DNA of 64,000 bases. Source: Turneriella sp. (GTDB lineage: Bacteria; Spirochaetota; Leptospiria; Turneriellales; Turneriellaceae). How positions within the stretch are numbered: the first letter of the stretch is position 1; every line of letters begins with the position of its first letter. The notes under the pieces are model-generated. The model saw nothing but the letters and a program-made list of their open reading frames with translations, searched no databases and had not been told where the DNA came from. Location of the stretch: assembly GCA_965279515.1 (NCBI GenBank), contig CBDIID010000003.1:4384001-4448000 (forward strand), written 5' to 3'. Of this stretch, positions 20,119-28,932 are shown piece by piece. The translations under genes and the position numbers were made by a program.

Positions 20119-20934
20119 TTATTTTTTCTGCGGTGCGCGGCTTTCGTCGCTCATCTGCTGCACAAAGGTATCGTACTGGTTTTTTTTACCGGTATTGATG
20201 TAGCCATAATTGTCAAAGTGGTGGAAAAAGAAATCGTAGTTATTCACGACTAATTTGCGGTTGATCAGGTTGATGAGCCGTGACTGTACTTTGTCGAAAT
20301 CGCGCTGTTTTTCCACTTCTGGTTTATTGAAATAGTCGTCGAGCGTCTGTTGTTTAAAATCGTCCTTGTCGCTGAACGGTGTCTGGCTTTCAATGATCGC
20401 AAGAAATGCGTAACGTTTTGCCTGCCGCGCATATTTGATCGCATCGATGTAAAACCAGATTTTCGTCGAATAGAGGTGGATGTTGTGATTGAAGCCTTTA
20501 CCTTCGTAAATCTCAGACACGCGTAAGTCACGGTATCCCAGCTTGATGAAGTGTAAGGCCCTGACATCCCGGGTCTCAATGATCATCGCGGAATTTTTTT
20601 CGAGCAAGGCCTGGGTATCTTTCTGGTAATATTCGTTGAGAACGGTGAAATAAAGATCTTTGAGGATTTTCTGCGACTCGCGGATATGCGCATGCGTCTG
20701 TTTATAGTGCCCCGAGAGATATTCCTTGTGTGCTTTATAGTGCTCGCGGGCCGCGTCGCGGAAGATATTGGTGTGTTCGGCATTGGCAAAGTTCGAGACG
20801 CCTGCGTTCAGGAAGTCGATGAAACGTTTGTTTTCGCCAAGAATCTTTTCGCAGAAGGCGCGGTCGGGTGCATTGGCAAATACCGGGGCAAGCGCCAGAA
20901 CAAGAAGAAATCCGCCGCGTAAGAAACGGACCAT
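20119..20934 (-). CDS. Exported protein, OmpL37-like leptospiral surface adhesin family
   Basis: Signal peptide; helical pattern ENKRFIDFLN..SNF..IRESQ..LGYRDL..YARQAKRYAFLAIIE recalled as OmpL37-like. Confidence 0.55.
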   Translation of the reverse strand: MVRFLRGGFLLVLALAPVFANAPDRAFCEKILGENKRFIDFLNAGVSNFANAEHTNIFRDAAREHYKAHKEYLSGHYKQTHAHIRESQKILKDLYFTVLNEYYQKDTQALLEKNSAMIIETRDVRALHFIKLGYRDLRVSEIYEGKGFNHNIHLYSTKIWFYIDAIKYARQAKRYAFLAIIESQTPFSDKDDFKQQTLDDYFNKPEVEKQRDFDKVQSRLINLINRKLVVNNYDFFFHHFDNYGYINTGKKNQYDTFVQQMSDESRAPQKK

Positions 20935-22097
20935 CAGTAGGCTGCCAGTAGAATCGATTCGATCTCGTTGCGCGTCAGCATACGCGGCGCGTTCTCGAGG
21001 TGGGGAAAACCCGCGGCGAGACGCGAGATATCTTCGAGTTCGTGTTTTTTGACGTCAAATTCGGATAACCGCGTCGGCAGGTTCACTTCAAGAAAAAGAC
21101 GGCGTACGCCCTCGACGGCCTTGATCGCGGCTTCGATCACCGAAATATCTTTGACATCTTCGCCGAGCGCGCGCGCGATGTTGATGTACTGCGCCGGCGC
21201 GGCGGTCAGGTAATATTCCATGACGTGGGGCAGAATGAGAGAGAGCGCGTCGCAGAAGTTGACCTTGTCGTGGGCGTTGAGCGCGTTGGCGATCGAGAAG
21301 GCGACACCCACGGGCGAAGACACCGCCGAAATGGAAATCATCGCCGAAGACCACAGCATGCTTGAGATCAGCTTGTCGTTCTTGGCATCTTTGTAGAGCT
21401 GGGGAATATTGCGGCGCATGAGTTCGATTGCGCGCAGCGCCAGGGCGCTCGAAATGGGGTTCGATTTCGGTGACAGCTGGCTTTCGATCGCATAGGCGAG
21501 CGTCGCTCCGCCGAGGCGCGCCGCACTGTCCGATGTCAAATGTTCGCAGACCTTGGGGTCATAAAAGCAGGCGACGGGGAAAAGCAGCTCGTGCTCAAAA
21601 TATTTTTTATGCCCGTCGGCTGCGTCGCGGATCGTAAAACTGGGGCAGAGCTCTTCGCCGAGTGCCGGTTCGACGGGTACGGTGATGAGGGGCAGGGGCG
21701 GGTTTTTGATCTTGGCCCGGCCGTTAAGCACGTCGGAAGCGAACACGGCGTTGGTAACAAGCAGTGCCACAAGTTTAGCTGTCGCAAAGGTCTCAATCGA
21801 ACCGAAGGCGACGATGACATCGGCGTGGGCCTTTTTGGTGAAGTAGGCCGCTGAGTCGACCTGATCGGAAGTGGGGTCGGCCGTCAGGTCATCGTAGAGA
21901 ATGACTCCGTCAGAATGTTTGGTGAGGCCGTTCTTCAGAATCGTCAGTTCGGAAGGATTCTTGTTCTCTGCCTTAAGGTTGAGCAGCAAAATACGCGTGC
22001 CGAACTGTTTTACATAATTACCCACCTTAAACGTGGAGTCAGTTTCGAACTGAATCCGCGTGGGGATTGCGAATTGTGCCCAGGGTATGCCTTGCAT
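20934..22097 (-). CDS. Iron-containing alcohol dehydrogenase family protein (degenerate metal site)
   Basis: FAIPTRIQF, PLITVP, YDPKV, LILPHVMEY, LPTRLSEF, NAPR. Confidence 0.8.
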   Translation of the reverse strand: MQGIPWAQFAIPTRIQFETDSTFKVGNYVKQFGTRILLLNLKAENKNPSELTILKNGLTKHSDGVILYDDLTADPTSDQVDSAAYFTKKAHADVIVAFGSIETFATAKLVALLVTNAVFASDVLNGRAKIKNPPLPLITVPVEPALGEELCPSFTIRDAADGHKKYFEHELLFPVACFYDPKVCEHLTSDSAARLGGATLAYAIESQLSPKSNPISSALALRAIELMRRNIPQLYKDAKNDKLISSMLWSSAMISISAVSSPVGVAFSIANALNAHDKVNFCDALSLILPHVMEYYLTAAPAQYINIARALGEDVKDISVIEAAIKAVEGVRRLFLEVNLPTRLSEFDVKKHELEDISRLAAGFPHLENAPRMLTRNEIESILLAAY

Positions 22098-22197
22098 GGC
22101 TTATTTGATTTTCGACCAAAATGCCCGGAAGAGGGCAAAAAAAAGGCGGCTTTGAGCCGCCTGGTGGTTTGATTTGGGGATGGCGAAAATCCCTGTA

Positions 22198-22500
22198 TTA
22201 GCCGTTTTTTACTGCGGTTGTCAGACGCGCCGCAACGTGGTTCAGAACCTCGTTAGACGGGTTGTCGTACTCGCCGCGCGCCAGTTTCTCTTTGACTTCG
22301 CGGACGCGGTCGGCGCGCACATCGCTGGCCGAAGCTACGGCTTTCTGCACTTGAGCCGCTTCGCGGGCCTGCAGGGCAGCTTGCGAGATGGAAACGCTGT
22401 CGCTGCCTATGGTTGCAGCCTGCGCATCCGCCGGTTTCACGGTCGCTTTGTCGTTTACGGGCTGGATATGCCCGGCGTTGTTAATTTTATCAATATTCAT
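22198..22500 (-). CDS. flgM: Anti-sigma-28 factor FlgM
   Basis: DSVSISQAA...DVRADRVREVKEKLARGEY; SD AAGGAAG. Confidence 0.85.
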   Translation of the reverse strand: MNIDKINNAGHIQPVNDKATVKPADAQAATIGSDSVSISQAALQAREAAQVQKAVASASDVRADRVREVKEKLARGEYDNPSNEVLNHVAARLTTAVKNG

Positions 22501-22595
22501 AGTCTTCCTTTGGCCTTGTGGCCCTCGCCAGCCATTGACCGCGCTCCCGCGGCATTAACCGTTCCCATTCTGGCGATCTTATATCTCTGTAAGGA

Positions 22596-22623
22596 GTATC
22601 GGCAGGACAAGCATTATTTGTTA
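22596..22623 (-). promoter_or_regulatory. Putative sigma-28 (FliA) promoter of flgM
   Basis: Minus strand TAAC-N16-GCCGATAC versus consensus TAAA-N15/16-GCCGATAA. Confidence 0.6.
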
Positions 22624-22716
22624 GCAAAAAAAACAGATTGCCGGATTGAGGCCCTTAGAGTCATCAGAATTACCGAGCGATAGGGTCCGATCGACTCAAA
22701 TTTACAGGAGATACAC

Positions 22717-23853
22717 ATGATAAAAACCTTTCGGACCTTATGCCTTTGGACGGCTTTTTTAGCTGGTTTTTCGGCGCTTTCAGCGGCAACGCAGGTCATT
22801 TCGAATAATGGCCTGACACTGACCTATGACGATGCGGCTTGCGGCGGAGCGGGTGCCTCCGCCTGCAATACGGCAATGCAGACTGCCTTTAACAAGGTCT
22901 CCGACAAGTTCCAGTTGGGAGCTTTACCCAATTTCCTTAAATATATGTCTTCGGCCCAATCGATTTCGACCAAGGGGCAGGGGGTCGATTACACCACAAA
23001 CCCATCCATCTTCGTTGTCGGTGGTACTATGGGCGTGGCGATTGATATCGGTGATTTGAGCGTAAAGGAGGCGGCAAATGCCCTCTCTAAATCCGGGGGT
23101 CTCGCCGCTGCCGGGTATGCCACGCAGTTTTCGGTGATGGCAGGGATTAACCTGGGGGCCTTTAAATTCGGGGCGCCTTTATTTGGCGTGATTGACCTGA
23201 ACCGCTTTACGGTCTATGGCCATGCGGCAGGGTATGATTTTTCGAGCCTCATCAAACAAGACGGACTTACAGTAAAATCTTCACAGTTCGGCTTTCATAC
23301 CAAATACAAACTCCTGGAGCCGCGATCGATCGGTCTGGGGTCGCTGAATTGGGGCGGTCTCGATTTGGTAACCGGCCTCAGCGTTGCCTCCAATACGTTG
23401 GGATACCAGAAAACCTTCGATCAGATTTCCACCGGCGACGGTACGACTTCGAGTCCCCAGATTCGGGTTATCCCAGGCGGTAGTATCAACGTCAAGAATA
23501 ACGCCGTTACCATACCTTTCGAAGTTGCGACCAGCGTTCGTATTCTTTATTTCCTTTCACTCTTCGGTGGGGCGGGCCTGGATTTGAATTTTGGCAAATC
23601 TTCGGTGGACATGGCTTTGACCTCTACGCAGCTCACAGCGACAGTTTCCGGTACTACCGTGAATGCCGGTAATATGATCGCCAGCGCGGCCGAATCGAAT
23701 AGCGGGCGCTTCGGCGATCTGCGCTTTTTCGCCGGTCTGGCTCTCAATCTCGTCCCCCTGAAAAACACGAACGTCGTGAGCCTCATTGTCCAAGGAAATA
23801 TCTCGACAGGGGGAGGCTATGGCGCGAATGTGGGGGTACGCGCAGGCTGGTGA
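22717..23853 (+). CDS. Outer-membrane/surface protein, Lsa36-like
   Basis: SD CAGGAG, signal peptide, amphipathic beta-strands, C-terminal aromatic residue (VGVRAGW). Confidence 0.6.
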   Translation: MIKTFRTLCLWTAFLAGFSALSAATQVISNNGLTLTYDDAACGGAGASACNTAMQTAFNKVSDKFQLGALPNFLKYMSSAQSISTKGQGVDYTTNPSIFVVGGTMGVAIDIGDLSVKEAANALSKSGGLAAAGYATQFSVMAGINLGAFKFGAPLFGVIDLNRFTVYGHAAGYDFSSLIKQDGLTVKSSQFGFHTKYKLLEPRSIGLGSLNWGGLDLVTGLSVASNTLGYQKTFDQISTGDGTTSSPQIRVIPGGSINVKNNAVTIPFEVATSVRILYFLSLFGGAGLDLNFGKSSVDMALTSTQLTATVSGTTVNAGNMIASAAESNSGRFGDLRFFAGLALNLVPLKNTNVVSLIVQGNISTGGGYGANVGVRAGW

Positions 23854-23884
23854 GAAAAAGAATATTCCTTAAGCGGAGGATTCG

Positions 23885-25276
23885 ATAACTCCGTCAGATT
23901 CCGTACGCATACAGTTTCTCGGCGCGGCCGGTTTTGTTACCGGTTCGCGCACCCTCATCGAATATAATGGCTTTCGCGTTTACATCGATTGCGGGCTCTA
24001 CCAGGGACCCAAATACGTCGAGCAGCGCAACTATCTGCCGCTCGAGAGTGAACCAGAAACGATCGATGCCATTGTTTTAACGCATGCCCATATAGACCAC
24101 TCGGGTCTCGTGCCGCGCCTGGTGCGCGAGGGTTTTACCGGTAAGATCTATTGTACAAAACCGACGGCAAAGCTGCTCGAAATCATTCTGCCCGACGCCG
24201 GCAATATCCAGGAAGAAGAATTTCGCCAGCTCTCGAAGAGCGAAGTGCGCAAGCTGGGTCTTGAGGCGCCGCTCTTTACCAAAGATAACGGCATTGAAGC
24301 GCTTGAGCTTGTCAAAGCCGTCGACTATAACCGGGATTTCAAAGTCGGGCCATTCAATTTCCGTTTCACCTGGGCAGGCCACATTCTCGGCGCGGCCCAT
24401 CTCAACGTCTGGCGAAAGAACTTCAGCATGGTGTTTAGCGGCGACATTGGCCCGGAATCCACATTTTTCCATAAACCCTTAAAGCGGCCCAAAAGTGCGC
24501 AGAATGTTGTCATCGAATCGACCTACGGCGACCGCATGCGCGTCGAAGAAGATTATGAGAAAAAATTCCGCGATGCGGTGCGTTATATTGTGGAAAGAAA
24601 AGGCATCCTGCTATTACCTGCTTTTGCCGTTGGCCGCGCGCAGACGACGCTCTACGTGCTCTACCGCCTGATGAAAGAGAAAAAGATTCCGGCGCTGCGG
24701 ATTGCCCTCGATTCACCGATGGCAGTCAAGGCAACCAAGGCATACACGCGGTTTAAGAACGAACTGACGAGTGAAGTTACCAAGTCAGGATTTTTTGAAT
24801 TTTTGAAATCTAAAAACGTCATGCTGGTGAAGAACGCCGACGAGAGCCGGGCACTGGTCGAAGCTCCGGGGCCGATGATTGTTGTGAGCGCGTCTGGCAT
24901 GTGTACAGGCGGGCGGGTTGTGCACCACCTCGAGCACCGCCTGGGTGACAGCCGCAATTTCGTGCTCTTCACGGGTTATGCAGGCGAGGGCACGCTGGCG
25001 CACCAGATCATGAGCGGCGCGAACCGGGTGAGTATTTTCGGCAAAGAGATTCCCGTGCGCGCGATGGTGGCGCAGATTCAGTCGTTCTCTGCTCACGCAG
25101 ACTTAGGCGGGCTTTTGGACTGGATGCGCCAGTTCAAAGGCGACGGTGTGGAGCGCATCTATATCAACCACGGCGAAGATGCTTCGCGTGAAAATCTCGC
25201 GAAGAACCTGACATTCATGCGCGGTGCCCAGATCGAGCTGCCGCGTTACCAAAGCACCTATTATCTACCCTGCTGA
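23885..25276 (+). CDS. Metallo-beta-lactamase beta-CASP ribonuclease (RNA-specificity domain), probable ATA start
   Basis: In-frame upstream of the ORF-track start (24110): IQFLGAAGFVTGS..DCGLYQG..THAHIDHSG; downstream AGHILG, FSGDIG, ESTYG, SAHAD, NHGE. SD GGAGGA at 23875-23880 then ATA at 23885. Confidence 0.9.
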   Translation: MTPSDSVRIQFLGAAGFVTGSRTLIEYNGFRVYIDCGLYQGPKYVEQRNYLPLESEPETIDAIVLTHAHIDHSGLVPRLVREGFTGKIYCTKPTAKLLEIILPDAGNIQEEEFRQLSKSEVRKLGLEAPLFTKDNGIEALELVKAVDYNRDFKVGPFNFRFTWAGHILGAAHLNVWRKNFSMVFSGDIGPESTFFHKPLKRPKSAQNVVIESTYGDRMRVEEDYEKKFRDAVRYIVERKGILLLPAFAVGRAQTTLYVLYRLMKEKKIPALRIALDSPMAVKATKAYTRFKNELTSEVTKSGFFEFLKSKNVMLVKNADESRALVEAPGPMIVVSASGMCTGGRVVHHLEHRLGDSRNFVLFTGYAGEGTLAHQIMSGANRVSIFGKEIPVRAMVAQIQSFSAHADLGGLLDWMRQFKGDGVERIYINHGEDASRENLAKNLTFMRGAQIELPRYQSTYYLPC

Positions 25277-27466
25277 GTATTTCAAAAGCCCGAATTTTTC
25301 ATTGGCGCGTTCGAGTTCGCCAAAAGTGCGCACGACCTGTACGCGTGGCAGGTTGGCGATGAGCGTTTTGCCATAGGTCTTCTGCCAGATTCGGCTATCG
25401 AGCAGCGCGACTGCACCCTTATCTTTTTCTGTGCGAATCAGTCGCCCGAAGGCCTGGCGCAGCATCGTCGTCGCATGGGGGAGGGAGAGCTCAAAAAATG
25501 GCCTTTTCCCATGCGCTTCGAGATTTTCTGAGCGTGCCTTGAATATCGGGTCGTCGGGCGGCGTGAACAGGAGCTTTGTAATAATGAGCAGGCGCAAACC
25601 ATCGCCCGCGACATCGATGCCCTGCCAGAACGACTGCGAGCCCAGTAAAATCGACGTCTTGTCGTTGCGGAATTTCACGAGGGCATCCTGTACGCCATCT
25701 TCGAGCTGAGAGATCACGGTCAGGTCGGTGAGCTCCCTGAGGCGCATCGCTACCTGCGTGAGATTATAGTTCGAGGTAAACAGCACCAGTGCCCCGCCGT
25801 CAGAGAGCGAGGTGAGGCTGACAATTTCTTCCGTCAGTAGGTCAAAATATTCAGCCTGAACAACGGGCGGCGAGCCGTGTTCCGGAATCATGAGGTGTTC
25901 CGGGGCATAGAGCGCCGCATGCTCGCGGTAGTTAAAGGGAGAGAAAAAGATATTGCAGTCGATGCTGCCCTCTTCAGCCAGCGGCAGCGCGTCGCCGAGA
26001 AAGCGGCTGAAAAAACCGCGCTGGATGAGATCCGACTTTTTAGCCGGGTATTCACCGAAAGGCCAGTAACCGATCGTGGCCGAGGTATAGAGCCTGAGCT
26101 CGGGCATGAGATCGGCGAGTGTTTCACCGAGGTTTAACCGGCAGGCATGGAGGTGAAACTTGTCGTTACGTTTTTCGGCCCAGTAGACGACGCGTTCTGT
26201 ATCGAAAGACGAAAAAAGTTCGGCAAAGGAAAGCATTTTGCGCACGAGTTTCAGCTGCCCGTTGATACTGTTGAGCAGCTGCGCGTCGAGGTCTTCTGAC
26301 TTCATGGAGTCGAGTTTTTCGGCCAGGTCGGCGAGCGGCGGCATGAGTTCGGGGGTGTCCGTCAGGTTCGTGCGAATGAGATTCGTGCCTGAATCCTTGA
26401 ACACCATATCGCTTTCGACTTCCCAGCGCGAGAAAAAAGTTTCCCAGCGTGTGAGACAGAGGTTCGCGAGCTCTTCGATTTCCTGTTTCAGTTCGCCCTG
26501 AATGCCCGTGTGCTGTACCAGGGTCTTATCGATGCCCTTTTTCAGGTCGCCAAAATCGTGCCGGCCAAAACTCGAGGTGAAGATGTTGTAACCGGTTTTG
26601 ATCAGGCCATGCGCCTCATCGATGACGATGGCGCCGTACTCGGGCAGCGTGTGTTTATCGTTCAGCAAGTGGTAGAGCAGAAGGTGGTGGTTGGCGACGA
26701 GCAGCTGTGCGTCGTTCCATTTTTTGCGCTCGCGGTAATAATTACAGCCGGTGTAGTGGGGGCAACGGTTGCCCGGGCAACCTTCACTGTCGCGCGTGAT
26801 CATCGACCAGATGGCTTCGGGCATTTTCGGCGTGTTTGCCGCAGCGCCTTCAAACCGGCTGCCCGAGCGCGCGGCATCGGTGATAACTGAGTTGGCCCAA
26901 TCGCGCACCTCGGCGACTTTTTCATTGTCAATGATGTCGCGGTGACCGCCTTCTTGCAGCATCTGCTCATAACGCAGGCGGCAAAAATAATTTCCCGAGC
27001 CGAGGCAGAGCTCAAAGCGCAGATCTTCGTCGAGCACGCTGCGGATGAAGGGCAGGTCCTTTTCATAGAGCTGCCATTGCAGCGCCTTGGTTTCCGTTGC
27101 AATGAGCGCCCGTTCGCCGGTGAGATAGTTGTACGCAAGTGCAGCGACGACATAAGCGAAAGATTTGCCGACGCCCGTCGCCGCTTCAACAACAGCGCTG
27201 CGTTCGCGGTAAAACGAGCGCAGAATCTGCTGCGCCATCTGCACCTGCGCATCGCGCATCTGGTAGCTATCGAGGCGCGCGCCGATTTTTTCAAACGCCT
27301 GAGCGCAGATGGCATTTAAGGTTTGGGTGGAAAGACTGTGGTCTTCGAGCGCCGTCTCGATCGCTTCACCCTGGATTTCGCTGAGCGCATCCGCGTTGCA
27401 CCACGGGGGCAACCGGCCCGGTGCAGCAAGATCCTGCGGGTCGTTCAGGAAATCATCGTCGCCCAT
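25265..27466 (-). CDS. dinG: DinG/YoaA family ATP-dependent Fe-S DNA helicase
   Basis: EAATGVGKS, Fe-S cysteines, VIDEAH, FWQGIDV, QAFGRLIR. Confidence 0.9.
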   Translation of the reverse strand: MGDDDFLNDPQDLAAPGRLPPWCNADALSEIQGEAIETALEDHSLSTQTLNAICAQAFEKIGARLDSYQMRDAQVQMAQQILRSFYRERSAVVEAATGVGKSFAYVVAALAYNYLTGERALIATETKALQWQLYEKDLPFIRSVLDEDLRFELCLGSGNYFCRLRYEQMLQEGGHRDIIDNEKVAEVRDWANSVITDAARSGSRFEGAAANTPKMPEAIWSMITRDSEGCPGNRCPHYTGCNYYRERKKWNDAQLLVANHHLLLYHLLNDKHTLPEYGAIVIDEAHGLIKTGYNIFTSSFGRHDFGDLKKGIDKTLVQHTGIQGELKQEIEELANLCLTRWETFFSRWEVESDMVFKDSGTNLIRTNLTDTPELMPPLADLAEKLDSMKSEDLDAQLLNSINGQLKLVRKMLSFAELFSSFDTERVVYWAEKRNDKFHLHACRLNLGETLADLMPELRLYTSATIGYWPFGEYPAKKSDLIQRGFFSRFLGDALPLAEEGSIDCNIFFSPFNYREHAALYAPEHLMIPEHGSPPVVQAEYFDLLTEEIVSLTSLSDGGALVLFTSNYNLTQVAMRLRELTDLTVISQLEDGVQDALVKFRNDKTSILLGSQSFWQGIDVAGDGLRLLIITKLLFTPPDDPIFKARSENLEAHGKRPFFELSLPHATTMLRQAFGRLIRTEKDKGAVALLDSRIWQKTYGKTLIANLPRVQVVRTFGELERANEKFGLLKYSAG

Positions 27467-27468
27467 TT

Positions 27469-27930
27469 TCAGGACGCCTCGTCGAGCGCGCGGTTCGCCA
27501 GGAAATCGGCGATCTGGTTTTTCTCCCGGCGCACATGCACCAGTTTCGGTTTTACCCGGCCTGCCACAGCCTGTGCCTCGGCGAAAAGAACTTTCAGCTT
27601 ATCGTGCTTAACTTTGTACTCGCCCTTCAGTTGTTTGATGACGAGTTCGCTGTCTGAGCAGATTGTGGGATTTACCAAGCGGAGCTCTTCACATTTTTTG
27701 AGCGCAAAAATCAAACCCGCGTATTCCGCTTCATTGTTGGTTCGCGTGCCGAGCGTTTTCGCGGCAGCGAAAAAAGCCAGCGATTCGTCCGCCTTAAAGG
27801 CACCCAGCGGGACATCCGCATCGCCCTCGAAAGCCACCACGCCGAATGACGCCGGACCAGGATTGCCACGCGAAGCGCCGTCGCAGAAGACCGTGATGTC
27901 TTCGCCGTTCACGGGCGTATACAGCGCCAA
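27469..27930 (-). CDS. rnhA: Ribonuclease HI family protein
   Basis: FCDGASRGNPGPA, TNNEAEY, SDSELVIKQ, HVRREKNQIADFLAN. Confidence 0.88.
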   Translation of the reverse strand: MALYTPVNGEDITVFCDGASRGNPGPASFGVVAFEGDADVPLGAFKADESLAFFAAAKTLGTRTNNEAEYAGLIFALKKCEELRLVNPTICSDSELVIKQLKGEYKVKHDKLKVLFAEAQAVAGRVKPKLVHVRREKNQIADFLANRALDEAS

Positions 27931-28877
27931 AGGCGGTCACCTGAAATCTGCGGGGTTATGGTGGTCTTGCAGCGCGCTTCGGCGTAGTTGCAGCGCGGCG
28001 CAAACGCACAGCCTTCGCTGAGCGCCGTCAGTGCGGGCGGCGAGCCGGGTATCGCGAAAAGTTTTTGCCCGCGGGGCGCATCGTGCACCGATGCGAGCAG
28101 CGCCTGCGTGTAAGGATGTTTTGGATTTTCGATAATATCTGTGACCTTACCGATCTCAACAATTTCGCCCGCGTACATGACGGCAACGCGGTGGGCAAGC
28201 TTTGCGACGATGCCTAGGTCATGTGTGATAAAGACCATCGCCATATGCTCGCGTTCGTTGATGTCGCGCAGCAGGCGCAGAATCTGGGACTGGATCGTCA
28301 CATCGAGTGCAGTGGTCGGTTCGTCGGCGATAAGAATTTCAGGCTCTGCGGCGAGGGCCATCGCAATCAACACGCGCTGCCGCATTCCGCCCGAGAGCTG
28401 AAACGGATAACTTTTGAGCCTGAGCTCCGGCTCGGGAATACCCACTTTGTTCAGAAGTTCCGCCGCGGCTTTTTTCACCGCGTCGCCCGAAAGCGAACGG
28501 TGCAGCGTCAGAACCTCACCCAGTTGAAATCCCACCGTGAAGACGGGGTTAAGTGCCGTCATCGGCTCCTGGAAGATCATGGCGATGCGCTTACCCCGGT
28601 AGCTGCGCATCGCATCTTCAGAAAGTTCTGCCAGGTCTTTGCCGTCGAAATGGATCTTGCCTGTCAGCGCCGCATTCTTGCCGTGCAGGCGCAAAAGGCT
28701 TAAGCCCGTGACGGATTTGCCGCTGCCGGACTCGCCGACGAGTGCGAGAATTTCGCCGCGCGCGAGCGTCAGGTCAACGCCGCGCAGCGCGTGGATGATT
28801 TTTGTACCGGAGGAAAACGTCAGCCGCAGGTTTTCTACGGAAAGAATAGGGGCGTCGTTGGCAGTTAAAACAGGCAT
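27909..28877 (-). CDS. oppD: Oligopeptide/dipeptide ABC transporter ATP-binding subunit (OppD/DppD-like)
   Basis: GESGSGKS, LSGGMRQR, ADEPTTALD, HPYTQALL, GCAFAPRC. Start chosen at MPVLT; the ORF track start is 28949. Confidence 0.88.
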   Translation of the reverse strand: MPVLTANDAPILSVENLRLTFSSGTKIIHALRGVDLTLARGEILALVGESGSGKSVTGLSLLRLHGKNAALTGKIHFDGKDLAELSEDAMRSYRGKRIAMIFQEPMTALNPVFTVGFQLGEVLTLHRSLSGDAVKKAAAELLNKVGIPEPELRLKSYPFQLSGGMRQRVLIAMALAAEPEILIADEPTTALDVTIQSQILRLLRDINEREHMAMVFITHDLGIVAKLAHRVAVMYAGEIVEIGKVTDIIENPKHPYTQALLASVHDAPRGQKLFAIPGSPPALTALSEGCAFAPRCNYAEARCKTTITPQISGDRLWRCIRP

Positions 28878-28932
28878 GGAATTCGGCTTCTGCGGGATTT
28901 TATCTGGGCGAACCTCATGCCGTAAAGCGATG

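Noticed and set aside
22174..22683. 169-aa plus-strand ORF
   Set aside because: Overlaps flgM, which has a family motif, an SD and a sigma-28-like promoter
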